From Phoronis australis (taxonomy: Eukaryota; Animalia; Phoronida): 64,000 nt of DNA. Of the stretch, positions 36,501 to 49,600 are shown one piece after another. How positions within the stretch are numbered: the first letter of the stretch is position 1; every line of letters begins with the position of its first letter. Position numbers and translations under genes: made by a program. Location: contig NMRA01000032.1 in NCBI GenBank assembly GCA_002633005.1, positions 538,911 through 602,910 on the forward strand, in the 5' to 3' direction. Under the pieces are notes generated by a model. The model was not told where the DNA came from. It saw only the letters and a list, made by a program, of their open reading frames with translations, and did not search any database.

Positions 36501-39500
36501 AAACACATTTTCATGTCTAACACGTTGAGATAGTTACCTACCTTCGTTATTAATACTCATAAATTTCGTCTTACGCCTCTCCAAAAATAATGCAATCTCT
36601 GTTCAACAAAGTACAGCGTCTCCAAGAATTTGTCCAAATTTGGTTCTTGATTAAATAACTCGAGAATTTGAGGAATACATTTTGTTCCAATATGATAATA
36701 AATAAATTTCCCTGGTACTCAATAAATTATCGTATTTGAATTATTTGTGTTGCTGTCTGGAGATGTACAACGTCAATCAGATGATATGTGGCTTTTCAGC
36801 TCCAAACTACAGATCTGCTGATGCGCCCCTGGTCTTCACGGCCTTACCAGTTGAAATTTTGGCGATCTTTGTAGCGGTAAGTGCTAGCACCAACTAGACA
36901 TTGTGACATGTAGGTTGCAAGTGTCGCTGGCCAAGATCTTGATATGAAGACACAGGCACCCGAAAAACACAGGTTCTGAGCAGCTCAATATTTACTTTTG
37001 TGCTAAACCTTGTTTTGTTAGTATTACACGTACTGGTGCCAGAGGTGGATACGAGGAATAGATTGATTCAAGGGCCTGTGTATAAAAGACAACATTCAAG
37101 TCGCAACAAATACATGCCCTTTATGAAAGCTCAGTACCTGCTCTTCTACCTGTTGATGTTAAAACCCAATTGACCACAGCTGAATCTTACATGTACCAAA
37201 CATACATGATGTATGCGAGACAGTTTTTATAAGCGTATACCGAGACTACTCTATAACAAGAACTTTCCATTTCATTGTTGGTATATAATGTATTTACATT
37301 TATATTTCGCTCAGGCACTGAACTCACTTCACAGAGGTAGGTCAATTAAAACGATGGTGCCCGGTTTCTTAATGAAATGCGCTTGAATTAATCGAATGCT
37401 CAGGCACATTCCACTCACCGCTTACCACTGCTGATCGAAATCAAACGTGAAGCTGAAATGTAAATACGTTATCTGAATACTCTAAGCTACTCGTAGCGGA
37501 GAGGAAATTAATAAAAATCGAGCATTTGGTGGCAAGGTTTTGCAGTTTGGTACAATGTTAGGGACAGGTTGAAAATTTAAAAAAAAACACCGCAAACACA
37601 CTGTGTTAACCCCCTGGTTGTCGCTATGCACAAAATCCAATACGGCCGCTGCTAAAAAAGGAAATTGACATATCTCGGTTATTATCATCAATAGGACGTA
37701 TTGTAATACCATGTTTTCAATATTTTGGGGGGTGAGGAGTTCATTTCTGATGTTAGTTTTAAGTTTGGAGATCATTTAAATCTTTGTACACTGTCTCCAG
37801 ACTGAAAATGTCAAACGCTTGGCTCAGCTCATTTTCTCATCATCCCCAAAAATATTGAAAATCTGGTATTACAATATGTTCTAGTGATAATAATAGCCGA
37901 GATATGCCAGTTTTTGTCACCGGCCAAGTTGGATTTTCTGCATAGCGGCCACCAAGAAGTTAGCACACTTTGCGGTGTTTATTGAATTTCCTTTGCTTAT
38001 ATCTGGCAATGTACCGAATTGGAAAAATTGTCACAAAGTGTTCAATTTTTACAAATTTGCATGTATTCCCTCCCCGCTAATGGGGCCATCTGTAGTAAAA
38101 GTATTCCAACTTGTAGACGGACGAGCTCTGACCCTGAGTGGAATTTATTTAAAAATGTATTTACAAAAATATCCTCGCCAGTTGCTCCATAATTAAACCA
38201 CACAGACTTATTCTGAATCCTATAGCTTTGACATATCTATTTTGAGATATTTTACAATTATCAAACATCATCTAATCATGGCATTAGTCCGCAGACACAA
38301 ACCATTTGTACAACATTTTTGTGTAATTGCTAATAACCACCCCTTCTAAATGCTTATGCACGTTAGGGTACACTGATGAGGTCGCAGGCTCAAAAACTTA
38401 TAGGGCCTGCTTTAACAAGGATCGTAAGTTTTGTCGCACACACCACTGTGGTAGGAACGCTTTTGCGAAGCCGATGGTACATTTTTGCATGAGAAAAATA
38501 AGATTGCTTCTGACGTAAACGTGAATGAAGTTCACATTCAGACTGAGCGCCATCTTCATGAATTGTTTGCCAATAAAATTGAAGATGCGACCCACGTCTT
38601 AGCTGGCAAAACGGGACCGTCATCGCCAGCATTTTCCTACGATTGCCATCAAGGTCTCTTTACGATGGTCATTGCAAATTGACAGTATGACCTTATGATT
38701 ACAGATTTTTGGGGTTGTCACCGTTATCATGTACTACCGTGAGCTCGAACTGGAGGAAAAGACTGGGGTAAGTGCACAAATTGTGACGACAAGGTCAAGA
38801 TAATTCAACTTTGCAAACTGCGTAAATGTATCCCAGTCTCGGTACTGGCAATCGGGGTTCAACAGTGGTGAGGAGGCCTTCATTTTTGTACTTTCCTACA
38901 ATCTTGCCTACGATTTTTTTCTCTCACACTGTTTCCATTCTCGTGGAAAAAAATCTTCGGCTATGTGATCATTCCTTCATTAGGTTCGTTACCTACGAAC
39001 TATGTTCGAGGCGGCGCGGCCAGAAAGATCCAGTGAGTCAGAGAGTAATGCACACACCCCAGACTGGGAATAATGAGCTCAAAAAACACCGTTAGTGGGC
39101 GCGACCGGGTAGAAGTTTAAAATGACTGCACGAGAACATGAGGCAAAATTGGGACGATGACACATCACAGATTTGTTTGACATGTAGCTTATTTGAACAC
39201 CTTGGTGAAATTATTAATAACTGAAATGTTTTTAGTTTAAAAAAACAAGGTGCTTTTGTAAAATTGTCCGGCTTTGATTTTGGGGTTAAATTTTGGTCGG
39301 TGATAACACCAATTTTAGCAAATTTTAAACAATTGCCGCGAAATACCAGTAGACGAAAATTATTTAACGTTTCTAGCATGAATCTTTCTACCCTAGGTTA
39401 CTAGTCAGAATACTCAAACACACTAATCGAAAATTCATTGTAAGTCCCTCATTTGAGTGGTTCGACACGATTTTTTTTGAGTCAAACAAGTACTGTACAG

Positions 39501-39683
39501 AAATCGTACGTGCTCTTTCTGCGCAGACAAATTGAAATAATCATGGTGTCGGAGCACCAGTCTCAGTACTCCGATTACACTATACGAAATTAAATAATTA
39601 TCATCATGTCTGTTATTTTATTCCAGGAAATGATTCTTAATAAAGGGAATAAGCCAGACCACAAGCAGTACGACGCCATCTAA
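30433..39683 (+). CDS. Four-transmembrane LAPTM/DUF4728-like protein, 184 aa; full gene span
   Basis: join(30433-30501,31615-31720,34759-34844,35673-35769,36800-36876,38705-38767,39627-39683)=555 nt, all GT-AG and phase-consistent; MARKCCGLLSLRTCAI..., EKRLLFIPWLIV, VIMYYREL, C-terminal QYDAI. Confidence 0.8.
31615..31720 (+). CDS. Gene 2 exon 2
   Basis: VLSIGCLLLAFFKVQSVYDIIETQPLSALALSEVK; pyrimidine tract CCAG acceptor, GTACGT donor. Confidence 0.7.
34759..34844 (+). CDS. Gene 2 exon 3
   Basis: HANIMYIAYGCYSAWILSTAPMAIGIFL; CAG/GTGAGT. Confidence 0.8.
35673..35769 (+). CDS. Gene 2 exon 4
   Basis: EKRLLFIPWLIVTIAIAIVSVALLSIVIVYLT; CAG/GTAAG. Confidence 0.85.
36800..36876 (+). CDS. Gene 2 exon 5
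   Basis: PNYRSADAPLVFTALPVEILAIFVA; CAG/GTAAGT. Confidence 0.8.
37585..37980. mobile_element. Foldback/MITE-like element with ~150-bp imperfect inverted arms
   Basis: AAACACCGCAAA...GCTATGCACAAAATCCAA...CATATCTCGGTTATTATC...ATTGTAATACCA mirrored by TGGTATTACAAT...ATAATAGCCGAGATATG...TTGGATTTTCTGCATAGC...TTTGCGGTGTTT. Confidence 0.7.
38705..38767 (+). CDS. Gene 2 exon 6
   Basis: IFGVVTVIMYYRELELEEKTG; CAG/GTAAGT. Confidence 0.8.
39627..39683 (+). CDS. Gene 2 exon 7 (terminal)
   Basis: EMILNKGNKPDHKQYDAI-TAA; TTCCAG acceptor. Confidence 0.7.
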   Translation, partial: EMILNKGNKPDHKQYDAI

Positions 39684-40427
39684 CGAGTGAAACAATGCAG
39701 TCTTCCAAGTTGGGGAAAATTTGTGTACAACAGTGTGCAACAGCATGGGGGACAAGGGCCTTAATTCTTTGTCCAATGTGTCGATGATTTAACATGTGTA
39801 AAAAGTAACGTAACGGATTTGTATTAAGTTTAGGTTGGACCTGATCAACAAATCTATGTTCTTAGCCAAATATCTACGAAACTATAGATTGTAACTCTGT
39901 AAAAGTATATATTTTCTGAAAGCAGAAAATCTGTAAAATTTTATGTTTTACTTTTTAGCAATCTCCTAGTGATTGCATCGTGTGAGCATGTTTTGTAACA
40001 TTCAGCGAAAAGGAAAGGTTCGTTGAAAGCAAAACAATGGTTTCAATAACACTTGATATAAAATGTAAAAATGGAAAATTTTAAAAACATTTTCTGGCAT
40101 CTATTGGTGAACAGTGCATAATGCATACTCTCTAAAAGTTTCATACGAATATAATCAGCCGTTTATGAGATATGATGTTCTAAGGTTAGCCAAAGTTGGA
40201 CGTTTTTCTAGAGTCGTTCATAACCTACTACGAAGCTACATCTCCACGAAACATCCTTTTCCGTAACACCTCGGATGATTTCGTAACCTGAAACCTGAGG
40301 CTACAAAAATACCCGGATAGGAATACAAGGAATAGCTGCTCGCAATATCATTTGAGTAACACTATATTTGAGGCAAATTTGATAGAGCGTTTGCCTTTAG
40401 TGAAACAAAACTATGTCATAGCGTAAG

Positions 40428-40785
40428 TTAAAAGGATACTAAACCTTGTTTTGCTGATTCAACCAATCCTCGTTCTCTCATCTGCTAATGCATCATTGGT
40501 GTCCCACTTCGGAGTAATAAAAGCATGATTTAACTGAAACTCATGCTCTCTGCGTCATAGATTAGATATTAATGTGCTTCGTGGGTGATCTTTCCTGAGT
40601 CACTGTGTAACTCGCCTGAAGTGTAGGTCACGCTTGCCCGACTTTTTGAAAATTTGTCAAAATTTTTCCAAAGCTTTTGAAAGTTATCGATGGTTACAGA
40701 GTATTATTTTGTTTCAGATAAATAGACATGAAGATCGTTTCTACCATCTGTTAATGGGCCAAAATCCTGTTTAGTATCCCTTTAA
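40428..40785. mobile_element. TTAA-flanked non-autonomous DNA transposon (Kolobok-like termini)
   Basis: TTAA-AAGGATACTAAAC ... GTTTAGTATCCCT-TTAA; related ends at ~22130, ~41138, ~58100-58115, ~63420-63440. Confidence 0.6.
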
Positions 40786-43130
40786 ATAGATCATAATTAG
40801 AAGCAACATGTTTTGTTTGAATACTTTGTTTCATATGTTTAGTAAGGTGCACCTTAGTAATTATGTGCTTTTCAAAAAAGCACATAAATAGTAATTAGGT
40901 AAGCTATCAGAAAATTTAGTTAATTTTTTATATTTAAAAATAAAGCGCTCAATATTGATACTGAAGTTAAATATTACCATTGCGACTAACACTTAAAGTG
41001 ACACAATCGGTGGGAAAACTTTTTTAGAACAGCTCTAAGACTGACTCGAGTTCACGATTTCGGTGATCGTAGTCCAACAGGTGGCTAGCGGAGTGGCACC
41101 TCGCTCAGTATAATTCGAAGAGTATTTTAAGCATATTTAAAAGGATGCTAAACCCTGTTTTCATGATTTCAAACAGTCCTCGCTCTGTTGCCTGCTAATA
41201 CATCATTGGCATCTCATTCAATATTCAGCGTGAGACACATCCTCAACGTGTCATAGAATGGACCGTCGGTCTTTCCAGAATTTTAATGTAACTGGCTTAA
41301 AGCGTAGGTGACGCTTGCCAGTTTAGTATTTTGTAAGGAGTTTTTAGCTTCGCTAGAATTGGCGATTTGTAACAGAATCATAAAAACACAAAGAATTTTG
41401 TTGCTTTATTGCTCTGGTCAAAGATAATAACTTCAATATGTTGGTGTCATTCAATAATGATCCCATTTGTGCATTTTTCTGCCGTAAAATCGATTGTGTC
41501 GCTTTACGCAAAGAACTTCGTGCGTTTTCGAACACTGCGACAGTAGCATTGTTCATGGAAGACTCGCTTACTTTTCTGTATTTTGTCAAACATTTTACAG
41601 TATATCTATGACATTTCAACTAGAGCAAAACCTTTTGACTAGATAGAAAATACCTATATATCCAGTATTCGAGAGATTGGTCAGATTTGATTGTGATTTC
41701 TCTTATTTACTGTAATGATATGGACACACGAGTCAACCTGGAAAACAATATATTATTAAACACGAAAACAATACAGGTGTTGTGACTTTCAGCCACATTT
41801 ATGTGACCACTGTATTCAACAGTTCTGGAAAGCAACCAACGGATCGTTCACTTCCCAGCTGTACAGCAACAAAACATGGAACTGAATAAATGATCAGTTT
41901 GGTGTTTACCGTAACCGTCAAGGTAGCTCCGTTCGAGATCCCCGCTATAGTCTAGTCCCTGAGGTTAGGTAACCCTAGTACCTCGCTTAAAGGCAAGAAC
42001 TCGATAGATTCTGCAAGATATCGCAGTAAAATTACAGTGATATGAATGCATGCATTAGATATAAAATATTCCTTAATTAATGCATTTTGATTAATGCATG
42101 GTGCAAATAGCCATACTTTATAACAAACCTTTCACACCCAATCACATTCATTTAGAATCAAACATAGCCAAATGAATAGTTATTGCATTATCAGACAAAA
42201 AGTCCTTCTTCTGGGGTCACCTTTCTCTAAATTGTTCAAAATTCAAAGTCTTATGCTAAATGATATAATCATGGCTTCAAATATGACTTACTTACAAAAT
42301 CCTCAGTACTAACTGTTTCCTATTTAAAATACGCATACCGAAATTTTGTGGAAAAGAATATAAGAATCGTTGTCATGTTTATTGGGAATGTGAGGTAGTG
42401 CAGAGTTTTGGATGAAAGTGGTCAATTGTATTGCGACAAAACATGATTTGATCTTAGTTTAAGCTTGGTTGATGTCATCGTCGGAAAGTGAGTCAGGCTT
42501 GAAATCATCCCTTTTCTTTAGGAATTCACCGTATACACACAGTTAGGTTGAATTCCAGACACCATTGTTTGGAATGATTGAAACATAAAATTCGTGAATA
42601 GAAAAGGTAATTTAGCATAAGACTTTGAATTTTGAACAATTTAGAGAAAGTTATCGTGGATATACTCAACAGTGCCAACAAGAAATAAAGACCGCTCAGT
42701 TGTTTCGCGCAATGGACCTAAACATGTGTGGCCTGATGGACCACAAAACACATCACACACAGTCTGCTTTCCCTTTTATTGAATTAGACAGACCGGATAC
42801 TACCGATAGGCGTCAAAACTATATATTAATGTTTTAAAGACATTTCTTTATTCATGGGGAAGAAGTTGCAGCCGTATCACTGTTCCAGACAGTTACGGGC
42901 TTTTTCGAATTACCAAGTGCATATTCATTCAGGGGGCTGCGTACATTCTGCGCCGGTATTAAGAAAGTCATTTTACTACTAACACAGTTTCTTGAATGCT
43001 GGGTACACAGAGTTGTTTATTGCGCATTATATCCCTTCTCGTTACGTTCAATATTAACGCTGTTTGTGCCTGGAAGCATAGTTTGAACGATTATCGCTGA
43101 TCGAAATTAAAGTCCTTGTCTCACGCGTTG

Positions 43131-43614
43131 TTAACCCTTATTACATGGTTAGAAGATGCTATAAGGATCCAAGAAGTACCTACCCCATAACTAATACACG
43201 ATCCGTACTCGAAAACAGTTTAAATGAACGCGCCACTCACGATTCGCACCCGAAGAAACACCGCAATTTTGAACTTGCCGCGAACCCGGAAGTACAATTC
43301 ATTCAGGAACCCAGGCCGAGAAAACGCCGTCAGTGCGACTGGGCAAGCAGTGCCTGTACTGTTACCAGCCAGCAAAAGGGAATAAAAAAATCGACAGCGC
43401 GCCTTAATTTTGATAAAATCAAACTACGGACAATTTTATGGAATTTGCTGAAGAAATGTGGCGAATAAATTTTGACAGAAATTATTTTGCCAGACTCGGG
43501 ACCGCCAGCCTATCGGACCCGGTGCGGATCGAGACCAGACACTGGCGAACGGTAAATGCATGCGGTTGCAAGCTGTTTTGTCGAAGTAAAATGGTCAAAT
43601 GATAAATGCTGCAT
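43131..43614 (+). mobile_element. Second copy of the 11126 element, running into an assembly gap
   Basis: TTAA-CCCTTATT start and colinear similarity to 11126-11600. Confidence 0.55.
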
Positions 43615-43780
43615 NNNNNNNNNNNNNNNNNNNNNNNNNNNNNNNNNNNNNNNNNNNNNNNNNNNNNNNNNNNNNNNNNNNNNNNNNNNNNNNNNNNNNN
43701 NNNNNNNNNNNNNNNNNNNNNNNNNNNNNNNNNNNNNNNNNNNNNNNNNNNNNNNNNNNNNNNNNNNNNNNNNNNNNNNN
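43615..43780. other. Assembly gap
   Basis: Run of N. Confidence 1.
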
Positions 43781-46561
43781 AAAAAATAAAACCGAAAAAA
43801 AATTGGTTCGACCCATATTGGTTCCTAGGTTCGACCGGCCTACGTAAGGAACTAAACACCAATGCTATTTTAACATACTAAGTACGCGTAACATTCCAAA
43901 AAAATCAACGACCACTAACTACAAACTATAAATACACTACATATGCAAACGAATCACGATATATTACTAATAAAACAAAATAATGAAGACTTTTCGAGCA
44001 AGCCATAGCACATTCAGTTACAAGGAAAAAATGGCGGCGTTCAGGACAAGTTCCTGAACTGATGAGCCGGAGATGTGGGTACGGAAATAACCGATGACAA
44101 CCGGTAATCATACGCTCAGAGAGAAGGGTCAAATACTGTTACAAAATCGCTTTTGGCAAGAAAGGCGAAAAGAATATAAAGAAAGGGTGTCGAAAATAAG
44201 AATTTATGTAGTAAGTATTTTCGGATACTGGAACCACATGGGCAGTTTGCAACAAGGACTTTAAGTCCAGACGCCTCAAGCTTAGCGTTGATAACAACGT
44301 TACAGCGGCTGGGTAACTGGGTCTCGCCTTTATATTATCAAAAAAGTGTAGAACTTTGTGTAAATCCATGAAATGAAACTGTTAACAGTTGTGTACGCAT
44401 TCAATTTCGGTTCCAAGTTCACACCCGATGGGAAATACAATGAACATGGCATCTTCTTAATGAAAGCTGTTTCACGCACACGGTGTCTAACTCAAGTGAA
44501 TCGAAAAGTGTCAGCTCGTAAGGAACATTCTTACTGTTTCGTCTTAGGCCACTGGCACGCAAAGATCATGTACTCGTTGTGTTGAATTCCGACCCTAAAT
44601 CTTCAAGAAAATATACAAGGACGGGCGAAAATTGGCAACTTTGGCAAAAAATTTGCCTGGAGTTTGTTACCGTTCACTGTTCTTAGTCTAGCATGTGTTT
44701 CGACCGTTCACTCGGTTCCCACTCCTCGCGTTAATTCTCGAGAACGTTCGGTAATGATGGCTAACTTGATGTCACAAAGCCAATAGTTACTTAGAAAACC
44801 GGTGATAGCTTTCCAAGTGTTAAATGCATTACAGCACAAAAGAAATAGACAGAAGTTGCCGCATTATATTTATTTCACCAACAGACATATCAGCGCTAGG
44901 GTATATATCAAATAACTCACGTTCCATTCTGCATTTGTGCGGCTTTTTAGAGCAACTGAATATTGATACGTGCTCCGTTCAAAAATGCATAAATTGTGAA
45001 CTTCTGAAGCTACAACATTCTGCAAAATTAATACAATCTATATCAATGATAATTTTGGCACGTATGTAATTACACTGTACGCAATATTTGCAACCTGGTG
45101 CATCGGTTTGTCTGAATCAAGCATTCTCTGAGCACAATTTCCTTTTCCGTATAAGCGGATCAGGGAGCAGGTCTCATTTTTGTACTAAATGTCATACAGT
45201 TTGAGTCGAGAGGTCATCAAGTGCGAATTGACTAAACCGTAATAAATTCAGGCACAGAGGACACTTATCGTGAGTACGAATAAAGACTATGTATAACAGT
45301 AAATGTGAAATGTTATTTCGAGTTTGATTTCGAGTACAAAATTTCGATACCAGGTGCAAATTGCACGTGGGGTAGTCTTCTGCGTAGTTTCCGTATACAG
45401 TTTTCCCGTCATTTGGAGGAGACAGATTTTTACATTGGAGCAATCTTAGCTTTAAACTCACCATTGTCTGAAGAGGAAAACATACACGTGTCTGAATTCA
45501 CGTTTGACTGACAAAGGGTCTAATATTTGCACTCAAAATCGAACTTCAATATATTTCTATGACTTTCTCTTCTACTTTTGTGGAAACTCTGGTTAAGTAA
45601 CTATTGAATACCCTCATATTGGTATACAAACTCGAGAATTCGAGTAAAAATACGAAAGTTCGAGTTCCACGTGAGTTTTTAATTTAGCATGGAATAGTGG
45701 ACACTTATCTCGAGTTCGCACAAAAGTAGAATAGAAAAAGCTAAAATAATTTCGAGTCCAATTTTCAGTAAAAAGATTTTACCTCAAGCGAGCTTTCGAG
45801 TCGAGTCTCCAGCAAAATTTGCTAATCACCAGCCCAGGGTTCTTTTCATGGAAAATAACTTAAACTGGCACTAAACCTGAGCTGGTCTAAATATCTCCAT
45901 ACTCAGATGAGAAATGGTTTCGGTCTCGCAAAAATTAACTGACAGTTATTGCTCGAGACCATGATCGTTGAATAGCTTAACACGCCGTCACAACTCAGCT
46001 TGTTGAGCTTCGTCTCACGCAACAACGAACTGGTCGTGCTATCTAAGTTCAAGGTCACACCTATTTTTGTCTAAGGAATTTTGGGGCCAATCTCATTACA
46101 ATAAGTGGCACAGAGGAAAAGTCAGTTTTTGTGACGGAAGGTGGGTTTACAGCTCCACATAACTATTCCTGAAATAAGTGCCAGGGTACAAAATAACTCA
46201 GAATATGTCCGTAACTGATGGATACGGAGGTAATTTTCTATTACATGGCTGCTCTTATATTCAGTAATTGGGATGTGGAAGCCTAAAAGTAAATCGAGTT
46301 ACATTTCATGAATCAAGCTTCTGGGACTCGGGCGTGTGGCGAATGCAAACGTACACTACCCCCGGGGAGACTGCATCAGTAAGCAATATACATAATTTAT
46401 TTGATCGCATGTACTCGATGGTCAGTAGGGGGCGCTAATGAATAAAGGTCCTTGTTTATCTTAATAAGTTGAGAGCGGAAACCAGCTAGCATGAGACAGT
46501 CTGTGGATTAAGAATGCGACGTGACTGTATCTGTATGCTGCTCGAGTATAGGATCGTTGTA

Positions 46562-46688
46562 TCAGTGTGTGTTGATCTTGTAGGAAATCTTGAAACCTCT
46601 GTAATTATACGATTCGTCGGAATGAAACTGTAGCGTCAAAGCTGAACCTTTATACACTACAGATTCCTGTGGGCCTTTGCCGCAAAGT
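46562..46688 (-). CDS. Gene 3 exon 10: CUB C-terminus
   Basis: LCGKGPQESVVYKGSALTLQFHSDESYNYRGFKISYKINTH-stop. Confidence 0.9.
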
Positions 46689-49600
46689 CTGTAATGACAG
46701 GAGACTAATTACATTAAGTGCTTCACTTACTGAAAGAAACATTATTTATGATTACTGATTCGTAGGGCCAGAGCCTCTGACATGCATTTTTACTGAGAAT
46801 GTGATGATAGCTTTATCTCATTATATTTTCAAATTAAATTGGTTTCCACAAATATCGCTTACTAAAGTCACGTGTATCCCTTCTTTGACTCAGTTTCTTC
46901 GATGTCCAACTTGGTCTCAACTTATAAACCACTCCAACGTAAAGTGAGCTCTGCGTTTAGGAAGAACTAGCAAAATCATGTTACGCTTGAAAACTGGTTG
47001 ACTTTGAGACGGAACGCCAGGCAGAACTGCTACTGTACATTAGGGCAGTGTGTAATGGAAACTGCCTAGCTTTAGTCAGAAATTGAGCTCTCATTGCGCA
47101 TAAAGGCTTAGCAAGTATTAGCTCATCACAGTTTAGTAATAAGTTATACAAATTGATTGTTTAACGAGCAAGTACGACGATCTTCTCATAGGCTTGGTTA
47201 GTCTACTTAGCTCACAATAGAGCAATTGGATTTTCCAAAAGTAGTTGCGTGGAGTGCAAGATGAAATTTCAAACGTAAGAGTTTTGAGACTTGGTTCACT
47301 GAGCTATAATTTGGCACATTGTTCTTCATACCTTGGTCCACCATGATGTGGGCCATATGACCTTATCTCCAAATAATCCCAATGACACTCCCAGTCGTCT
47401 TCAATTTCAAAGTCATCGAATGTAAGCGTAATGGTGGATCCGGGGGGTCCCTAAATAACAATCAAATAAATCATAAAACGTGCTGTTTATTCAAAAAATT
47501 TACGACGCGGACATTGAAGTGTGACGGATATTCATTAGAACCTAAGCTGTTTCGCGATTTGATGCTATATATTTATTACATTCAAAATAACCCACGTAAC
47601 ATTTTACCTCTTTCAGGATTTTTGGGCCCCTTGCAAGTCGGCTAATGTGCTTCAGTGCAAAGTTAAATGTGGCTTTCCAACAAATGAGTTACTGCGGTAG
47701 GCGCCAATTTACAGCGGCGAATCAAAACCGCATCCCCTCATTCTTTATCCGCCAAAAATGAACTGAGCCAGTTGAAAGCAGAAAATTAATCTCATTCTAT
47801 TTCTTTAAGTAATGAAACTTGATTTCCGTTATCAACAAGAACATCAGAGACTCTAGAAAACGCTTCAGAGTTTATTAGGGTCGGCCAACCCTAAAATTGC
47901 GAATTCAAAAGTGATGCATGTTGTCATTGACTGTACGTGCAGGCTCATTCGGTTATAATCAAGATCTGGTAAGCGTGGTAATGTTTTAAGTTTTAAAAAG
48001 TTTTAAAAATTCATCATTGATACCTAAACAGGATGTTACTATCAAGTATTGTGCATTTACCCAAATACGTAGAAAACCATATATATATTAAATCTGTAAA
48101 AGTTAATAGAAACTCTGTGAAGCCGTGTCAATGAGTTATTTTTCATATTTGCTGTTAGGTAGATTAACTCGTTTTGTCACAGAGCAACACCCCAGTTATG
48201 ATTGGTTAACATTAAGATGATCCCCAATTACTGCGAAATTTTGGCAAGCGATCACGCGTCCGTTTGCAATGTTGGGGGATCATTAAGAAATTTTGGTGAA
48301 TAAAAAACGAATTTCAATATACGATTTAAACGGTATTAAACCCATGCTTTCTGTCACAAGCAAATTTTGATTTAGGTCACATACAGTTATGAGAGAGGGG
48401 CTCGTTCCAAAAAAACTGACTTAGCTAAGGCAAATTTTAAATATTTGTAAATTTTAAAATAAAAGTTGAATTTGTCTCAAAACAAATTCAAGAAACAGAT
48501 CTTAAGTTTGACTTAAGTGTTTGATATAAGTTTTGTCTTAATTTTGACTTACTTACCGAATGTGGAAGTTTCAAAGTTTGGAAGTTAATACAAATCTTAA
48601 ACTTAAGTCAAAAATGAACTTAAGATAGTTTCTTGGAACAGGCCCCAGGTCTCAGGTTGTTCCTGTAGTCAAATCGTAGAACTCTACAACTGCGTTCTAT
48701 CGTCAAATTGGATGAGAATTCGGGGCNNNNNNNNNNNNNNNNNNNNNNNNNNNNNNNNNNNNNNNNNNNNNNNNNNNNNNNGATTTCTCTGCCGAATTCC
48801 GGCTTACCAAAGAACTATCCATACGTTCCGTTGCCTATGCATGTTCACAGCACCTCTCTAGTATCTGTTGATCAGTGTATTCCGGTTCGAACTGATAGCC
48901 TTTGAAACCTAACGATCCGACCCGTGAAGTCTTCGTCGGATGAGCTCCTGCATGACTGAGTAGTGATTGGCGCCGGGCGAGTTGCCATGTACACGTTATT
49001 ATTCTGCATTCTGTTTCAAAATGAATTATTCTCATCCTAAAATGATCCTAACCAATGCTTGTATGAAACTGAAACAAAGTCTGTCTCATTAGATACACTT
49101 TGTAATGCCTTGGAGTGGTCGTGAGTGCAAATGTTTTGAGAAGCTAGCAATGAATAAACCACTGCGTTACCGGGATTTGATGGCGGCAACAAAGGTAATT
49201 GACCAGGCACCGAGGCCGTGCTGACAGAAAGCTGTTGTGAAACAATTAATCGATTTTTTATGCTATGGTCACAAGTGTTAAGGGAATCTTTATTTAGAAA
49301 TACAAATACATTATTCTTTGGAAGGGAACCCGACTTCGCGGCGCCCGACAAGTAAGTACATTTTCAGTTTCGTGGCTAATTCACACAAATAATTACGTGC
49401 ACATTATTTCTTTGGCTCACTACGTGCGCGCACCCAAGGGGGGGCTCGGGGGCTCGAACGATTCCCCCCCCCCCAGTGGAGTGGGCAAAAAGGTCCGCTT
49501 CACTCGGAGAAACAAAAAGTCCGAGGAAATGAGACAAAGGTCCCCTAAAAAGGCGCAGACGCACAGTTCACAGTACTGAAGGTGATACCCCGTTTTTTTA

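Noticed and set aside
38370-38410. Hammerhead-like CTGATGAG motif (similar one at ~44059)
   Set aside because: No properly placed GAAA or closable stems II and III.
43482-43881. ORFs spanning the N run
   Set aside because: Artefacts of the assembly gap.
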